Assembly: GCA_964650355.1 (NCBI GenBank)
Contig: CAZYTL010000001.1
Span: 85,552-149,551, forward strand
Origin: an uncultured Gammaproteobacteria bacterium
Lineage (GTDB): Bacteria > Patescibacteriota > Microgenomatia > CAYXHB01 > CAZYTL01
Direction: 5' to 3'
Length of the DNA: 64,000 bases
The notes under the pieces are model-generated. The model made no database searches. It was not told where the DNA came from and worked only from the letters and a program-made list of their open reading frames with translations. Below are positions 8,721 to 18,288 of this stretch, piece after piece. The translations under genes were made by a program, and so were the position numbers. Every line of letters begins with the position of its first letter. The stretch's first letter is position 1.

Positions 8721-9419
8721 TTATCTGGGGATTGTCAGTTCCAATCCGGAATGAATCAAATCTGGGTTGGTTAAATGATTGGCTCTGGCGATATCCACCC
8801 ATTTATAGCCGTCGTTATAAGCCCGGATGGCAATTTTCCACAAATAATCGCCTCGTTGAGTCGTATATTTGTCTCCTTCTATCGGGTTTTCCACTTGTGG
8901 TTGAGACGATGACGCGGCCTGTTTAGCCATTTCTTCATCGTATGACGTGGTGCTGGCACCTCCAATCGCCGGTTCCCGCTCCTTAACAGTCATGGGGTAT
9001 GCTTTGGCCAATTGAGGAATGGTTAATTCCTCGTCTTTTACAATTACATTGGGATTGTTCAATTTATTGGCGGCGGCAATCTCTACCCATCCGTATCCGG
9101 TTTGGTAATATCTTTCAGCAATTCTCCACAGGTTATCACCTTGTCTGACTTTGTAACTGGTTGGCAATTCACCCTCAAACGGCGGCAATTCTTCAGCAGG
9201 CGTATCAGAAAATTCTTCTTTTTGGGCTTCATCAACAGGCACATTCTGATCTTCTACAGTGGGCAATTCTGCAGGTTTGGAACGGAAGTAATTAACTACC
9301 AAGCCACCAACGACAATCACTACTCCTAACCCTAACAACATGCTAATCATTGACTCATTGAGTTTAATAGTCTTCAGAATATTCTTTAGGGTACTTTCCA
9401 TAACGGAATTAATAATCAC
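8721..9419 (-). CDS. LysM-domain protein (2 LysM repeats) with N-terminal TM anchor
   Basis: Two repeats: YKVRQGDNLWRIAERYY...LTIP and YTTQRGDYLWKIAIRAY...LTIP. Confidence 0.8.
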   Translation of the reverse strand: MIINSVMESTLKNILKTIKLNESMISMLLGLGVVIVVGGLVVNYFRSKPAELPTVEDQNVPVDEAQKEEFSDTPAEELPPFEGELPTSYKVRQGDNLWRIAERYYQTGYGWVEIAAANKLNNPNVIVKDEELTIPQLAKAYPMTVKEREPAIGGASTTSYDEEMAKQAASSSQPQVENPIEGDKYTTQRGDYLWKIAIRAYNDGYKWVDIARANHLTNPDLIHSGLELTIPR

Positions 9420-9533
9420 TCCTTTCTAGGGCAGAAAAGCGATAATTAGTTACCAGTTTCAAGTTTTTAGCTAGTCTTTTCTTTTATAGTTTGTTGTTCA
9501 ATAACCAGAAACTTTAAACTGGATACTTTATTG

Positions 9534-9607
9534 CGGGACCGACGGGACTCGAACCCGCGACCTCCTGCGTGACAGGCAGGCGCTCTAGCCAACTGAGCTA
9601 CGATCCC
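9534..9607 (-). tRNA. tRNA-Asp(GTC)
   Basis: Reverse complement GGGATCGTAGCTCAGTTGGCTAGAGCGCCTGCCTGTCACGCAGGAGGTCGCGGGTTCGAGTCCCGTCGGTCCCGC. Anticodon loop CTGTCAC, canonical D and T arms. Confidence 0.85.
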
Positions 9608-9786
9608 TTTTCGAACAAACCCTAAGAAATGCCATTAACCAAATATCAATTTTCAAACAATAGATTAAATTCAAAATTCAAATAATCAAACTTTATTAAC
9701 CTGATGCTCACAATATGAAATTTCTCTCGGTCAGTATAACAAAACATTGCTTTCAGTTCAATCACTCAGTATCATAAGAGGGAGAC

Positions 9787-11559
9787 ATGAAACCAAATAA
9801 AAACCCTTCGAATCAGGAACTTGCAGAAATCCTTCGAGCTGTAGCTGCTGCACTGGAAGTGAAAGGGGCCAGTCAGTTTCGCACCATTGCTTACCAACGG
9901 GCAGCAGATAGCATTGAACACGCGACTTCCGAAGTCAAAGATCTCTGGGACGACCACCAATTAGGACAGCTTCCGGGAGTGGGGGCCAGTATTGCCAGTC
10001 ATTTAGATGAAATCTTCAGGACAGGCAAATCTAATCATTTTGAACAGGAACTCAAAGGTTTACCTCCAGGTATGTTTCCTTTACTCGAAGTCCCGGGGAT
10101 CGGACCTAAAAGCGCCTACAAACTTAGTTTGACTTTAGGTCTTACCCGGGCCCATTCTGCCATCAGTAAGCTAGAAAAATCTGCTCAACAAGGGGAAATT
10201 AGAAACATTGAAGGGTTTGGAGAAGAGAGTGAAGCCCGGATTTTACAGGGCATTGAAGAGTTAAAAGGTCGGAGCAACCGGATCTTGCTTCACAAAGCTG
10301 ATAAAACCAGTTCGGAACTGATCGACTATCTGACTAAGTTACCTCAAGTAAAGGCTGCTTATCCTTTAGGCAGTTTAAGGCGGCGGGTTTCTACTGTGGG
10401 AGACATTGACATTGCCGTAGCCTCCAGCGACCCCACCGGGGTGATCAAATACTTCACTAAATATCCCGCAGCTAAAAGAGTAGTCGAGGCAGGAGACGTG
10501 TCAGCCACCATTCTTTTGCCTGATAATATTCATGTCGATTTATTAGTTCAGGACCCACAAGGTTTTGGTAGCTTACTGCAACATTTCACCGGCTCAAAAC
10601 ATCATAATATCCACTTAAGAGAAATTGCCCAAAAGCAAGGCTGGTCTCTATCTGAAAAGGGGATCAAAAAGGTGAAAACGAAGAAATTAACCACCTTCAA
10701 CACCGAAGAACAACTCTACGCTTTTTTTAAGATGGACTATATCCCTCCTGAATTACGGGAAGACAATGGCGAGATTGAAGCTGCTCAAAAAGGTAAGCTC
10801 CCCCAACTGGTTGAGTTAACTGACATCAAAGGCGATCTGCATGTGCACTCGGATTTTGACATCGAGCCGTCTCATGATCTAGGACTGAGCAGCATGGAAG
10901 TGATGATCACTCAGGCACAGCAACTTGGCTATCAATATTTGGGATTCAGCGAACACAATCCCAGCATGTCGCAACATAAAGACCAGCAAATCACTGATCT
11001 GGTTAAGAGGAAACAAGAGACAATAGCTAAGTTAAATGAAAAGCATGAAAAAAATGAAAAGACTGTGAAAATACTTAACGGGTTAGAAATTGATATTCGC
11101 CCGGATGGCAAATTATCCATCCCGGAAAAGGCGTTTGATTATCTGGACTTCGGTATCGCTTCGATCCACTCCAGTTTCCGTTTAAACAAACAAAAAATGA
11201 CTCAACGCATCCTTGATGGTTTAAATCATCCCAAAATTAAAATCCTCGGCCACCCCACCGGCCGAGTTCTGAACGAAAGAGAAGGCTATGAATTAAACTG
11301 GGACAAAATATTCGACTACTGTCTTAAACATCATAAGTGGGTGGAAATTGACGCCTGGCCGGATCGTCTTGATCTTCCCGACTCCCTGGTCAGAGAAGCT
11401 GTTAATAGGGGAGTGAGACTAATCATCGACAGCGATTCCCACCAGGTGGATCACATGCAGATGTTGAAATACGGAGTTTCCGTAGCTCGCCGCGGCTGGG
11501 CAGAAAAAAAGGATGTCATCAACACGTTAACTTTTGCACAATTAATAAAGTTAATCTGA
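9787..11559 (+). CDS. polX: DNA polymerase X family protein (Pol beta-like nucleotidyltransferase plus C-terminal PHP phosphoesterase)
   Basis: N-terminal HhH and GIGPKSA motifs, nucleotidyltransferase core GDIDIAVAS, and PHP motifs HVHSDFD and FSEHNPS. Confidence 0.85.
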   Translation: MKPNKNPSNQELAEILRAVAAALEVKGASQFRTIAYQRAADSIEHATSEVKDLWDDHQLGQLPGVGASIASHLDEIFRTGKSNHFEQELKGLPPGMFPLLEVPGIGPKSAYKLSLTLGLTRAHSAISKLEKSAQQGEIRNIEGFGEESEARILQGIEELKGRSNRILLHKADKTSSELIDYLTKLPQVKAAYPLGSLRRRVSTVGDIDIAVASSDPTGVIKYFTKYPAAKRVVEAGDVSATILLPDNIHVDLLVQDPQGFGSLLQHFTGSKHHNIHLREIAQKQGWSLSEKGIKKVKTKKLTTFNTEEQLYAFFKMDYIPPELREDNGEIEAAQKGKLPQLVELTDIKGDLHVHSDFDIEPSHDLGLSSMEVMITQAQQLGYQYLGFSEHNPSMSQHKDQQITDLVKRKQETIAKLNEKHEKNEKTVKILNGLEIDIRPDGKLSIPEKAFDYLDFGIASIHSSFRLNKQKMTQRILDGLNHPKIKILGHPTGRVLNEREGYELNWDKIFDYCLKHHKWVEIDAWPDRLDLPDSLVREAVNRGVRLIIDSDSHQVDHMQMLKYGVSVARRGWAEKKDVINTLTFAQLIKLI

Positions 11560-11565
11560 TTTAAC

Positions 11566-11802
11566 ATGTCTCTGAAGGTTCTAAAATTCATTTTAGTCTG
11601 TTTATTAATCCTCTTATTTTTGCTGGGAATAGCTATTTTAAACAGACATTTCGATCTTGTTCGCTTTACCTGGAGAACGGAAGATGAACTAAAAATCACC
11701 CACGAAGTAAGCATGATTTTTTGTGACTATACAGGTATTTGGGTGAAGCGACTCCATCCTCTGATCAGAATTGTACTTGTTAAAAGATGTACCTTTATTT
11801 AA
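11566..11802 (+). CDS. Small hypothetical membrane protein (78 aa)
   Basis: Starts 7 nt after the polX stop, with a hydrophobic N-terminus. Could be a spurious ORF. Confidence 0.25.
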   Translation: MSLKVLKFILVCLLILLFLLGIAILNRHFDLVRFTWRTEDELKITHEVSMIFCDYTGIWVKRLHPLIRIVLVKRCTFI

Positions 11803-11811
11803 GATACCAAT

Positions 11812-12387
11812 ATGAGGAAAATCGTGCTGGCTTCAGCTTCCCCTAGACGGAAACAAATTTTCGCTTTAACCGGACTTAAATTTGAAATAGACCCTAGTGA
11901 ATATGAAGAAGACTTAAGTTTGAACCTGCCACCCAAAGAATTAGTTATTCAAATGTCACAGGGCAAGGCCAAGCAAGTAGCCAAACATCATCAAAACGCC
12001 ATTGTTATCGGTGCCGACACCGTGATCGTTTACCAGGGGGAGATAATCGGAAAGCCTCAAACACAATCCAGAGCCAAACAAATACTATCAAAGTTAAGCG
12101 GCCAATCTCATTCAGTGATTACCGGTTTTACCATCATAGACACCGCCAATAATCAGACAGTCGCCCAAGCTATAGAAACCCGGGTGACTTTCAAACAGTT
12201 ATCACCCGAGGAGATAATTAGCTATGTGGAATCAGGTGAGCCACTAGATAAGGCCGGTGCTTATGCAATCCAAGGCCTCGGGGCAGTGCTGATTGAAAGG
12301 ATAGAAGGCGACTATTATAATGTCGTCGGTCTACCTCTCTGTGCCCTGGTAAACCAGCTTAAAAAACTTGACATTTTTGTTTTATAA
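11812..12387 (+). CDS. maf: Maf-like nucleoside triphosphate pyrophosphatase
   Basis: LASASPRRKQIF and GADTVIV are Maf family signatures. Confidence 0.85.
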   Translation: MRKIVLASASPRRKQIFALTGLKFEIDPSEYEEDLSLNLPPKELVIQMSQGKAKQVAKHHQNAIVIGADTVIVYQGEIIGKPQTQSRAKQILSKLSGQSHSVITGFTIIDTANNQTVAQAIETRVTFKQLSPEEIISYVESGEPLDKAGAYAIQGLGAVLIERIEGDYYNVVGLPLCALVNQLKKLDIFVL

Positions 12388-12394
12388 TTAACTT

Positions 12395-12568
12395 ATGCAA
12401 AATCCTCCCAACCCTAAAATCATGTTGCTGATTGCTGTTGGACTGGGAGTCGTGATTTTGGCTTTTGTGACCTATATCTACCTCAATTATATTGCCAAAC
12501 CTTCACCGGCCCCGGCTAACCCCAACCCACCAGCAGCAGTTAACCTGACCCCGTCAGCTAATTTTTAA
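12395..12568 (+). CDS. Small membrane protein (57 aa, Pro-rich tail)
   Basis: MQNPPNPKIMLLIAVGLGVVILAFV... has a single TM helix. Below the ORF-track size cutoff. Confidence 0.3.
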   Translation: MQNPPNPKIMLLIAVGLGVVILAFVTYIYLNYIAKPSPAPANPNPPAAVNLTPSANF

Positions 12569-12618
12569 AATTTAGATATTAGAATATAGAAATTGTCTAG
12601 TAGGGAGGTGAATAAATT

Positions 12619-13209
12619 ATGTTAATCCCAGTATTAGTTGTTCTCGTCTTACTCGCTGCCTACGTCCTGGCCACTTACAACGGTTTTGTGACCATGAAAA
12701 CCAGGATCAAGGCATCTATTCAGGAAATTGGCAATCAATTAAAGCGACAAGCAGATCTCATCCCTAATCTTGAAAGTTCAGCCAAAGGCTATCTCAAACA
12801 CGAAAAGGGAATTTTCAAGGAATTGGCCGATGCCCGCAAGGCCGTGGCTAAAGCTGCCGAATCAGGCAATCTAGACCACGCGGCCAAGGCGCAAGACATG
12901 CTCTCACAGGTGTTGCCTAAACTCCAGGTAGTGGTGGAAAGCAACCCCGAGATTAAAGGTGTCGAAGTCGTTTCCAAGTTGATGAATGAATTGCGTGACA
13001 CTTCGGACAAAGTCATGTATGCTCGTCGCACCTTAATCGACCTGGTGGCTGACTTTAACATCAAGGTCAAGACCATGCCCAGCGCGCTGGTAGCCCAAAT
13101 CTTCGGATTCAAAGAAGAAACCGGGCTGAAGATGGCCGAAGCCAGTGTTGCCGAAGCCACAGAGGTCAAAGCCGAGGATGCCAAGACACCAAAAGTCGAT
13201 TTAAATTGA
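12619..13209 (+). CDS. lemA: LemA family protein
   Basis: N-terminal TM then NGFVTMKTRIKASIQEIGNQLKRQADLIPNL. Its position before htpX is a common arrangement. Confidence 0.85.
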   Translation: MLIPVLVVLVLLAAYVLATYNGFVTMKTRIKASIQEIGNQLKRQADLIPNLESSAKGYLKHEKGIFKELADARKAVAKAAESGNLDHAAKAQDMLSQVLPKLQVVVESNPEIKGVEVVSKLMNELRDTSDKVMYARRTLIDLVADFNIKVKTMPSALVAQIFGFKEETGLKMAEASVAEATEVKAEDAKTPKVDLN

Positions 13210-13320
13210 CTTGAGCTTAAAACTCAAAACGCAAAGCTCAAAGCTGCAAACCCAAAATAACAACTTTAATTTTTAAGCTGTGGTTTTGAGCTTTAACTTT
13301 TTAGTTTTAAGTTTTTTACT
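13210..13320 (+). terminator. Long imperfect inverted repeat with T-rich tail between lemA and htpX
   Basis: ttgagctt/aagctcaa (13210-13241) and aaagctcaaa/tttgagcttt (13233-13294), followed by tttttagttttaagtttttt. Confidence 0.4.
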
Positions 13321-14229
13321 ATGATCAATATCTACGAACAAGTTGATGCCAACAAGCGCAAGAGTTGGCTGATTATTATTCTGTTTATCGCCTTTATCAC
13401 TCTGGTCGCTTATGTATTTTCTCAGGCCTTGGATTACGGCTTGAGTTTTGTGGGTTGGGCCTTAATCCTCTCCGGAATCATGAGTTTCGCCAGCTATTAC
13501 TACTCAGACAAGATTATTCTGTCTTTATCCGGAGCCAGACCAGCCGACCGGGAAAAAGATTTTGATTTCTATACCGTGGCGGAAAATCTGGCCATGGCAG
13601 CCCAAATTCCAGTTCCCAAGTTATACGTGATTGATGATACAGCCCTGAACGCTTTTGCCACCGGCAGAGATCCTGAGCACGCCGTGGTAGTGGCCACCAG
13701 CGGCATTTTGCAGAAATTGGATCGTACCGAACTTGAAGGAGTGGTCGCTCACGAACTATCTCATGTGCGCAACTATGACATTCGGTTGATGTCTTTGGTC
13801 ACCATTTTGGTTGGGGTAGTTACTTTACTGGCGGACTGGTTCTTAAGAATCTCTTTTTGGGGTGGTGGCAAAAAGAGGGAACGGGGAGGCGGCCAGTTGC
13901 AGGCTATCATTGCGGTAGTAGCCATTGTTTTGGCCTTATTGTCTCCATTGTTTGCCAACTTAATCAAACTGGCTATTTCCCGCCGCCGGGAGTTTTTGGC
14001 TGATGCCGCCGGAGTACAACTAACCAAATTTCCTGACGGCCTGGCCAGAGCATTAGAAAAAATCGCCGCTGATACCGAACCGTTGGAAGCTGCCAACAAA
14101 GCCACGGCCCACCTATATATTTCCAACCCCTTGAAAAACCTTCACTCCGGAGTAGGCTGGTTCGCCAACCTCTTCAATACCCATCCCCCGATCGAGGAAC
14201 GCATCGCTGCTTTGAGGCAAATGAGCTAA
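13321..14229 (+). CDS. htpX: M48 zinc metalloprotease HtpX
   Basis: HELSHV (HExxH) in a 4-TM architecture. Confidence 0.85.
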   Translation: MINIYEQVDANKRKSWLIIILFIAFITLVAYVFSQALDYGLSFVGWALILSGIMSFASYYYSDKIILSLSGARPADREKDFDFYTVAENLAMAAQIPVPKLYVIDDTALNAFATGRDPEHAVVVATSGILQKLDRTELEGVVAHELSHVRNYDIRLMSLVTILVGVVTLLADWFLRISFWGGGKKRERGGGQLQAIIAVVAIVLALLSPLFANLIKLAISRRREFLADAAGVQLTKFPDGLARALEKIAADTEPLEAANKATAHLYISNPLKNLHSGVGWFANLFNTHPPIEERIAALRQMS

Positions 14230-14238
14230 GTAATTTGT

Positions 14239-14727
14239 ATGTCTGAGACCGAAAAAACAGCAGAGCTTGATTTATCTTCACTTATCTCTGTTGGCACAAG
14301 TTTCCTTGAAGGAAATAATTCTGAGAAAGGAATTGAAGCAGTCACAAAACTGGCTAGCCAGGCAGGGTGGAAGGTAGAAGAGTACCCGAAAGTAAGCTCG
14401 GATGTGGGAAGGTTCATCTTAAAGAATGGGGAAAAAAGGATAGATCTTTTTACTAAGCATGTGGATGATTGTGTAACACTTTATTGGTTTTTGCACGAAC
14501 TATCATGGGGAGAAAATACCAGAAGGGCACAGTCAAGTCCCGATCCGTTTAAATTCTTAAACGAACGAGTGGAAGATATAGCCAAGACCGATATAGCTAT
14601 CGCAGACCAGATACCTGATGCGGAGATCAGAGATTATATTACCCAGAAAAGGCAAGACGTATTAGAAAAGTTGAGGTCCGATCCTAAATTCAGAAAAGAT
14701 GCCATTGACAGACTGCTAAGGCATTAA
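14239..14727 (+). CDS. Hypothetical protein (162 aa)
   Basis: Coding-like ORF with no recognisable motif. Confidence 0.45.
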   Translation: MSETEKTAELDLSSLISVGTSFLEGNNSEKGIEAVTKLASQAGWKVEEYPKVSSDVGRFILKNGEKRIDLFTKHVDDCVTLYWFLHELSWGENTRRAQSSPDPFKFLNERVEDIAKTDIAIADQIPDAEIRDYITQKRQDVLEKLRSDPKFRKDAIDRLLRH

Positions 14728-14823
14728 TAACAATTAACAGGGACTTGTTTACTAATTCGTCTATCTGCTTTCCGATTCAGTAATACCTCTCTATTCCAAG
14801 CATGATGAGTTGATTTAATTATC

Positions 14824-15132
14824 ATGGCCAAGCGTTTGATTTTCTATCCGATTTTCATAATTTTCATAATTATTTTTGGAATCTTGGTTAAACAACAAAG
14901 AGAATTGATCATTTCCACATATGAGCCTAGGGTTGGCAATTTTAAAAAATGTCCCAATGGAGACCGAATATTAAGCTGTCCTCCTACTGCATTTGATTGC
15001 CAAGGTTATTCAGTATACACGTCAGATGGTAGGTTAATTTACTCCACCGGAAGTTCGTGGTGGAGGATCAAAGGAAAAAAGACATATCTCTATTACCTCC
15101 GGAAGTTAACTTTCCAGCCTTTTTGTAAATAG
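14824..15132 (+). CDS. Small secreted/anchored Cys-containing hypothetical protein
   Basis: N-terminal TM or signal sequence, then 5 Cys residues. Confidence 0.4.
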   Translation: MAKRLIFYPIFIIFIIIFGILVKQQRELIISTYEPRVGNFKKCPNGDRILSCPPTAFDCQGYSVYTSDGRLIYSTGSSWWRIKGKKTYLYYLRKLTFQPFCK

Positions 15133-15183
15133 ATTGATCAACCTACACTTCTTAATGGCATAAACTTCTGCTAAAATAGCCTC

Positions 15184-15498
15184 ATGGCTAAAAAACGAAA
15201 AACTTCCACCCTTTCTCCTGACGACGTCAGACATGTGGCTGATTTAGCCCATCTTCCCTTAACTGAAGCCGAATTAAAGAAATTTCAAAAACAGCTTTCC
15301 AGTATTTTAGATTACGTGAACCAATTACAGGAAGTGGATACTTCAAAAGTAAAAGAAACTTCGCAAGTTACGGGGTTAAGTAATGTATTCAGATCCGATG
15401 AGGTCGGTGAAGGTCTTACCCAATCTGAAGCTTTATCTAATGCCAAGCAAACCAAAGACGGTTATGTGCAAGTAAAAGCTGTGTTTAACCAAGAATAA
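15184..15498 (+). CDS. gatC: Asp/Glu-tRNA amidotransferase subunit C
   Basis: LSPDDVRHVADLAHLPLTEAELKKFQKQLSSILDYV is the GatC consensus. Confidence 0.8.
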   Translation: MAKKRKTSTLSPDDVRHVADLAHLPLTEAELKKFQKQLSSILDYVNQLQEVDTSKVKETSQVTGLSNVFRSDEVGEGLTQSEALSNAKQTKDGYVQVKAVFNQE

Positions 15499-15503
15499 TA
15501 AAT

Positions 15504-16940
15504 GTGTGTATGGATCTCTCAACACTGACGATTTCACAACTCCATCAAGACTACCTGCAGGGCAAGTATTCTGTTACTGAACTGGTTAAAGCTTACCTTA
15601 GTCGGATTAAAAAATATAATCCCCTATTAAACGCTTACTTAACCATCAGCGACAATTACGCTTTAGAGCAAGCTAGAATACTAGATTCGGAGTTACGTAA
15701 CAAGCAAGTACTAATAAAAAAATATCCTTTGTTTGGTGTACCGATTGCCCTAAAGGATCTTTATCTCACAAAAGGAATTCGTACCACCGCAGGTTCCAAA
15801 GTCTTGGAAGATTACATTCCCCAGTATTCATCTACTGCTTGGGAAAGATTGAGAGAGGCCGGGGCAATATTATTAGGCAAAACAAATTTGGATCAGTGGG
15901 GTTATGGCGGTAGTGGCGAAAATTCTGACTTTGGACCAACAAAAAATCCCTGGGACCAAACCCGCGTGGCAGGCGGGACTTCTAGTGGATCAGCTGCCGC
16001 AGTTGCTTCAGATTTATGCCTAGTTGCAGGTGGAACTGACACTGGTGGATCAATCCGTAATCCTTCAAGTTTCTGCGGAGTGGTAGGATTGAAACCTACA
16101 TATGGACGGGTCTCTCGTTATGGAATAATTGCCCAGACGCCTTCGTTTGATTCAATCGGACATTTGTCAAAATCAGTTTGGGATTGCGCCAAATATTTAG
16201 AAGTTACTGCCGGTAATGATAGCCATGACGCGACGACTCCGAAGAATAAGGTCCTCAAATACACTGAAATATTAAGTCGGTCCTTTAATTTAAACCAGGT
16301 TAAAATTGGCATTCCTCAAGAGTATTTTATTAAAGGAATTGATCAAGATGTTGAGAATTCTGTTAAACAGGCGATCAAAACACTGGCAGCGAATGGCGCA
16401 AGAGTTAAGCAGATATCATTACCTCATACTGAATATGGAGTACCAACTTACTATATAATTGTTTTTTCTGAAACTTCTTCCAACCGAGGAAGATATGACG
16501 GCATCCGTTTCGGTCACGATCGAACCTATTTTACCGATGAGGCAAAACGAAGAATTATGCTGGGGACCTTCTCACTTTCAGCTGGGTACTATGATGCTTA
16601 TTATAAAAAGGCAACTAAAGTCAGAACTTTAATCAAGAAAGATTTTGAGGATGCCTTTAAAAGGGTCGATGTGATCATTACCCCGGTAATGCCTACACCA
16701 GCTTTCAAATTTGGAGAACGCCAAGATCCCTTGCAAATGTATTTAGCTGATATCTTTACTGCCCCGATAAATCTTTCAGGCGTTCCAGGATTAGCCGTTC
16801 CTTGTGGATTTTCAAAGAATAAATTGCCAATCGGAATGCAAATCATCGGGCCGCATTTCTCTGAACCATTGTTATTTCAAGTCGGCCATGCTTATCAGCA
16901 GATCACTGACTGGCATACTCGTCGACCCCAATTAGTTTAA
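15504..16940 (+). CDS. gatA: Asp/Glu-tRNA amidotransferase subunit A (amidase signature family)
   Basis: GGSSGGSAAAVA amidase signature and K-S-S catalytic context. Confidence 0.9.
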   Translation: MCMDLSTLTISQLHQDYLQGKYSVTELVKAYLSRIKKYNPLLNAYLTISDNYALEQARILDSELRNKQVLIKKYPLFGVPIALKDLYLTKGIRTTAGSKVLEDYIPQYSSTAWERLREAGAILLGKTNLDQWGYGGSGENSDFGPTKNPWDQTRVAGGTSSGSAAAVASDLCLVAGGTDTGGSIRNPSSFCGVVGLKPTYGRVSRYGIIAQTPSFDSIGHLSKSVWDCAKYLEVTAGNDSHDATTPKNKVLKYTEILSRSFNLNQVKIGIPQEYFIKGIDQDVENSVKQAIKTLAANGARVKQISLPHTEYGVPTYYIIVFSETSSNRGRYDGIRFGHDRTYFTDEAKRRIMLGTFSLSAGYYDAYYKKATKVRTLIKKDFEDAFKRVDVIITPVMPTPAFKFGERQDPLQMYLADIFTAPINLSGVPGLAVPCGFSKNKLPIGMQIIGPHFSEPLLFQVGHAYQQITDWHTRRPQLV

Positions 16941-16947
16941 TCAATTT

Positions 16948-18243
16948 ATGAATCTAACGACCGTTTCTAAAATTTCAGAATTTGTTAACCAATCTGTGAC
17001 TATCCAGGGTTGGGTTTACAATAAACGCTCAAGCGGCTCGATCATCTTCCTGCAATTCCGTGACGGGACAGGCACGATCCAGGGAGTGATAGTTAAAGAC
17101 AACGTGACTAAAAAAATATTTGAACAAGCGGATAAGATCACTTTTGAATCTTCGGTGGCCCTAACCGGCCAGGTAACAGAGGATAAACGCGCGCCCAGCG
17201 GCTACGAGCTCCAGATTGAAGATGTGAAAGTTATCCAGTTGGCCCCGGATGACTATCCTATTGGCAAGAAGGAGCATGGGGTAGATTTTCTGCTCAATCA
17301 CCGACATCTATGGATCAGGTCGCACACGCAATGGGCCCTGTTAAAAATCAGGTCTACGATTTTTCAAGCGGTAGAGGATTTTTATCAACAAAACGGATTC
17401 ACCAGGTTTGATACCCCGGTAATTTCACCAAGCGCTTGCGAAGGTACCACTACATTGTTTGAAATAGATTACTTCGGAGACAAAGCTTACCTTTCCCAAT
17501 CAGGTCAGTTGTATCTTGAGTCAGCCATTGCCAGTTTGGGTAGAGTATATGATTTGCAACCGGTTTTCCGGGCTGAAAAATCAAAAACCCGCAGGCATTT
17601 AATCGAATTTTGGATGACTAATGCAGAAATCGCTTATTGCGATTTAAATCAAATAATGGAAATTCAAGAGCAAATGATTATTTACTTGCTACAAAGAGTC
17701 CTGAAAGACTGTGCCAACGAACTAAATATCATCGAGAGAGATATTAGTTTATTAAAAAAAATCAAACCCCCTTTCAAAAGAGTTACTTATCTTAAGGCCA
17801 TAGAACAACTCCATAAGCTGGGTTCTGATATCAGAGCCGGAGATGACTTCGGGAATGACGATGAAACACTACTTATGAATCACTATCAACAGCCAATTTT
17901 TGTCACCCACTATCCTGCTGCAGTCAAAGCCTTTTATATGAAGCGCGATCCGCAAGAATCAGATAAAGCCCTGTGTTGTGACCTGCTCGCTCCTGAAGGT
18001 TACGGGGAAATCATTGGCGGAAGCGAGCGTGAAGACGATTACCAGGTATTGCTATCATCAATGGAGAGACATCAACTTCCCGTCAATGATTACCAATGGT
18101 ACTTGGATTTGAGAAAATACGGTAGCGTTCCTCATAGCGGATTCGGATTAGGCATTGAGAGACTAGCTGCCTGGATCTGTGGGCTAAAACATGTCAGAGA
18201 AACCATTCCTTTTCCTCGGCTGTTAAACCGCTATTATCCTTAA
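16948..18243 (+). CDS. Class IIb aminoacyl-tRNA synthetase: archaeal-type (probably non-discriminating) AspRS or AsnRS
   Basis: OB-fold N-terminus, then motif 2 FRAEKSKTRRHLIEFWM and motif 3 HSGFGLGIERL. 431 aa. Embedded between gatA and gatB. Confidence 0.8.
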   Translation: MNLTTVSKISEFVNQSVTIQGWVYNKRSSGSIIFLQFRDGTGTIQGVIVKDNVTKKIFEQADKITFESSVALTGQVTEDKRAPSGYELQIEDVKVIQLAPDDYPIGKKEHGVDFLLNHRHLWIRSHTQWALLKIRSTIFQAVEDFYQQNGFTRFDTPVISPSACEGTTTLFEIDYFGDKAYLSQSGQLYLESAIASLGRVYDLQPVFRAEKSKTRRHLIEFWMTNAEIAYCDLNQIMEIQEQMIIYLLQRVLKDCANELNIIERDISLLKKIKPPFKRVTYLKAIEQLHKLGSDIRAGDDFGNDDETLLMNHYQQPIFVTHYPAAVKAFYMKRDPQESDKALCCDLLAPEGYGEIIGGSEREDDYQVLLSSMERHQLPVNDYQWYLDLRKYGSVPHSGFGLGIERLAAWICGLKHVRETIPFPRLLNRYYP

Positions 18244-18288
18244 AATATCTAATTTATTTAACTATCCGTTCCTTTTAACTATTTAATC

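Noticed and set aside
12789-13184. 131-aa antisense ORF inside lemA, and similar antisense ORFs at 22828..23370, 44592..45359, 49145..49711, 59655..60062 and elsewhere
   Set aside because: All lie antisense within well-supported genes and have low-complexity, Ala/Ser-rich translations typical of shadow frames.
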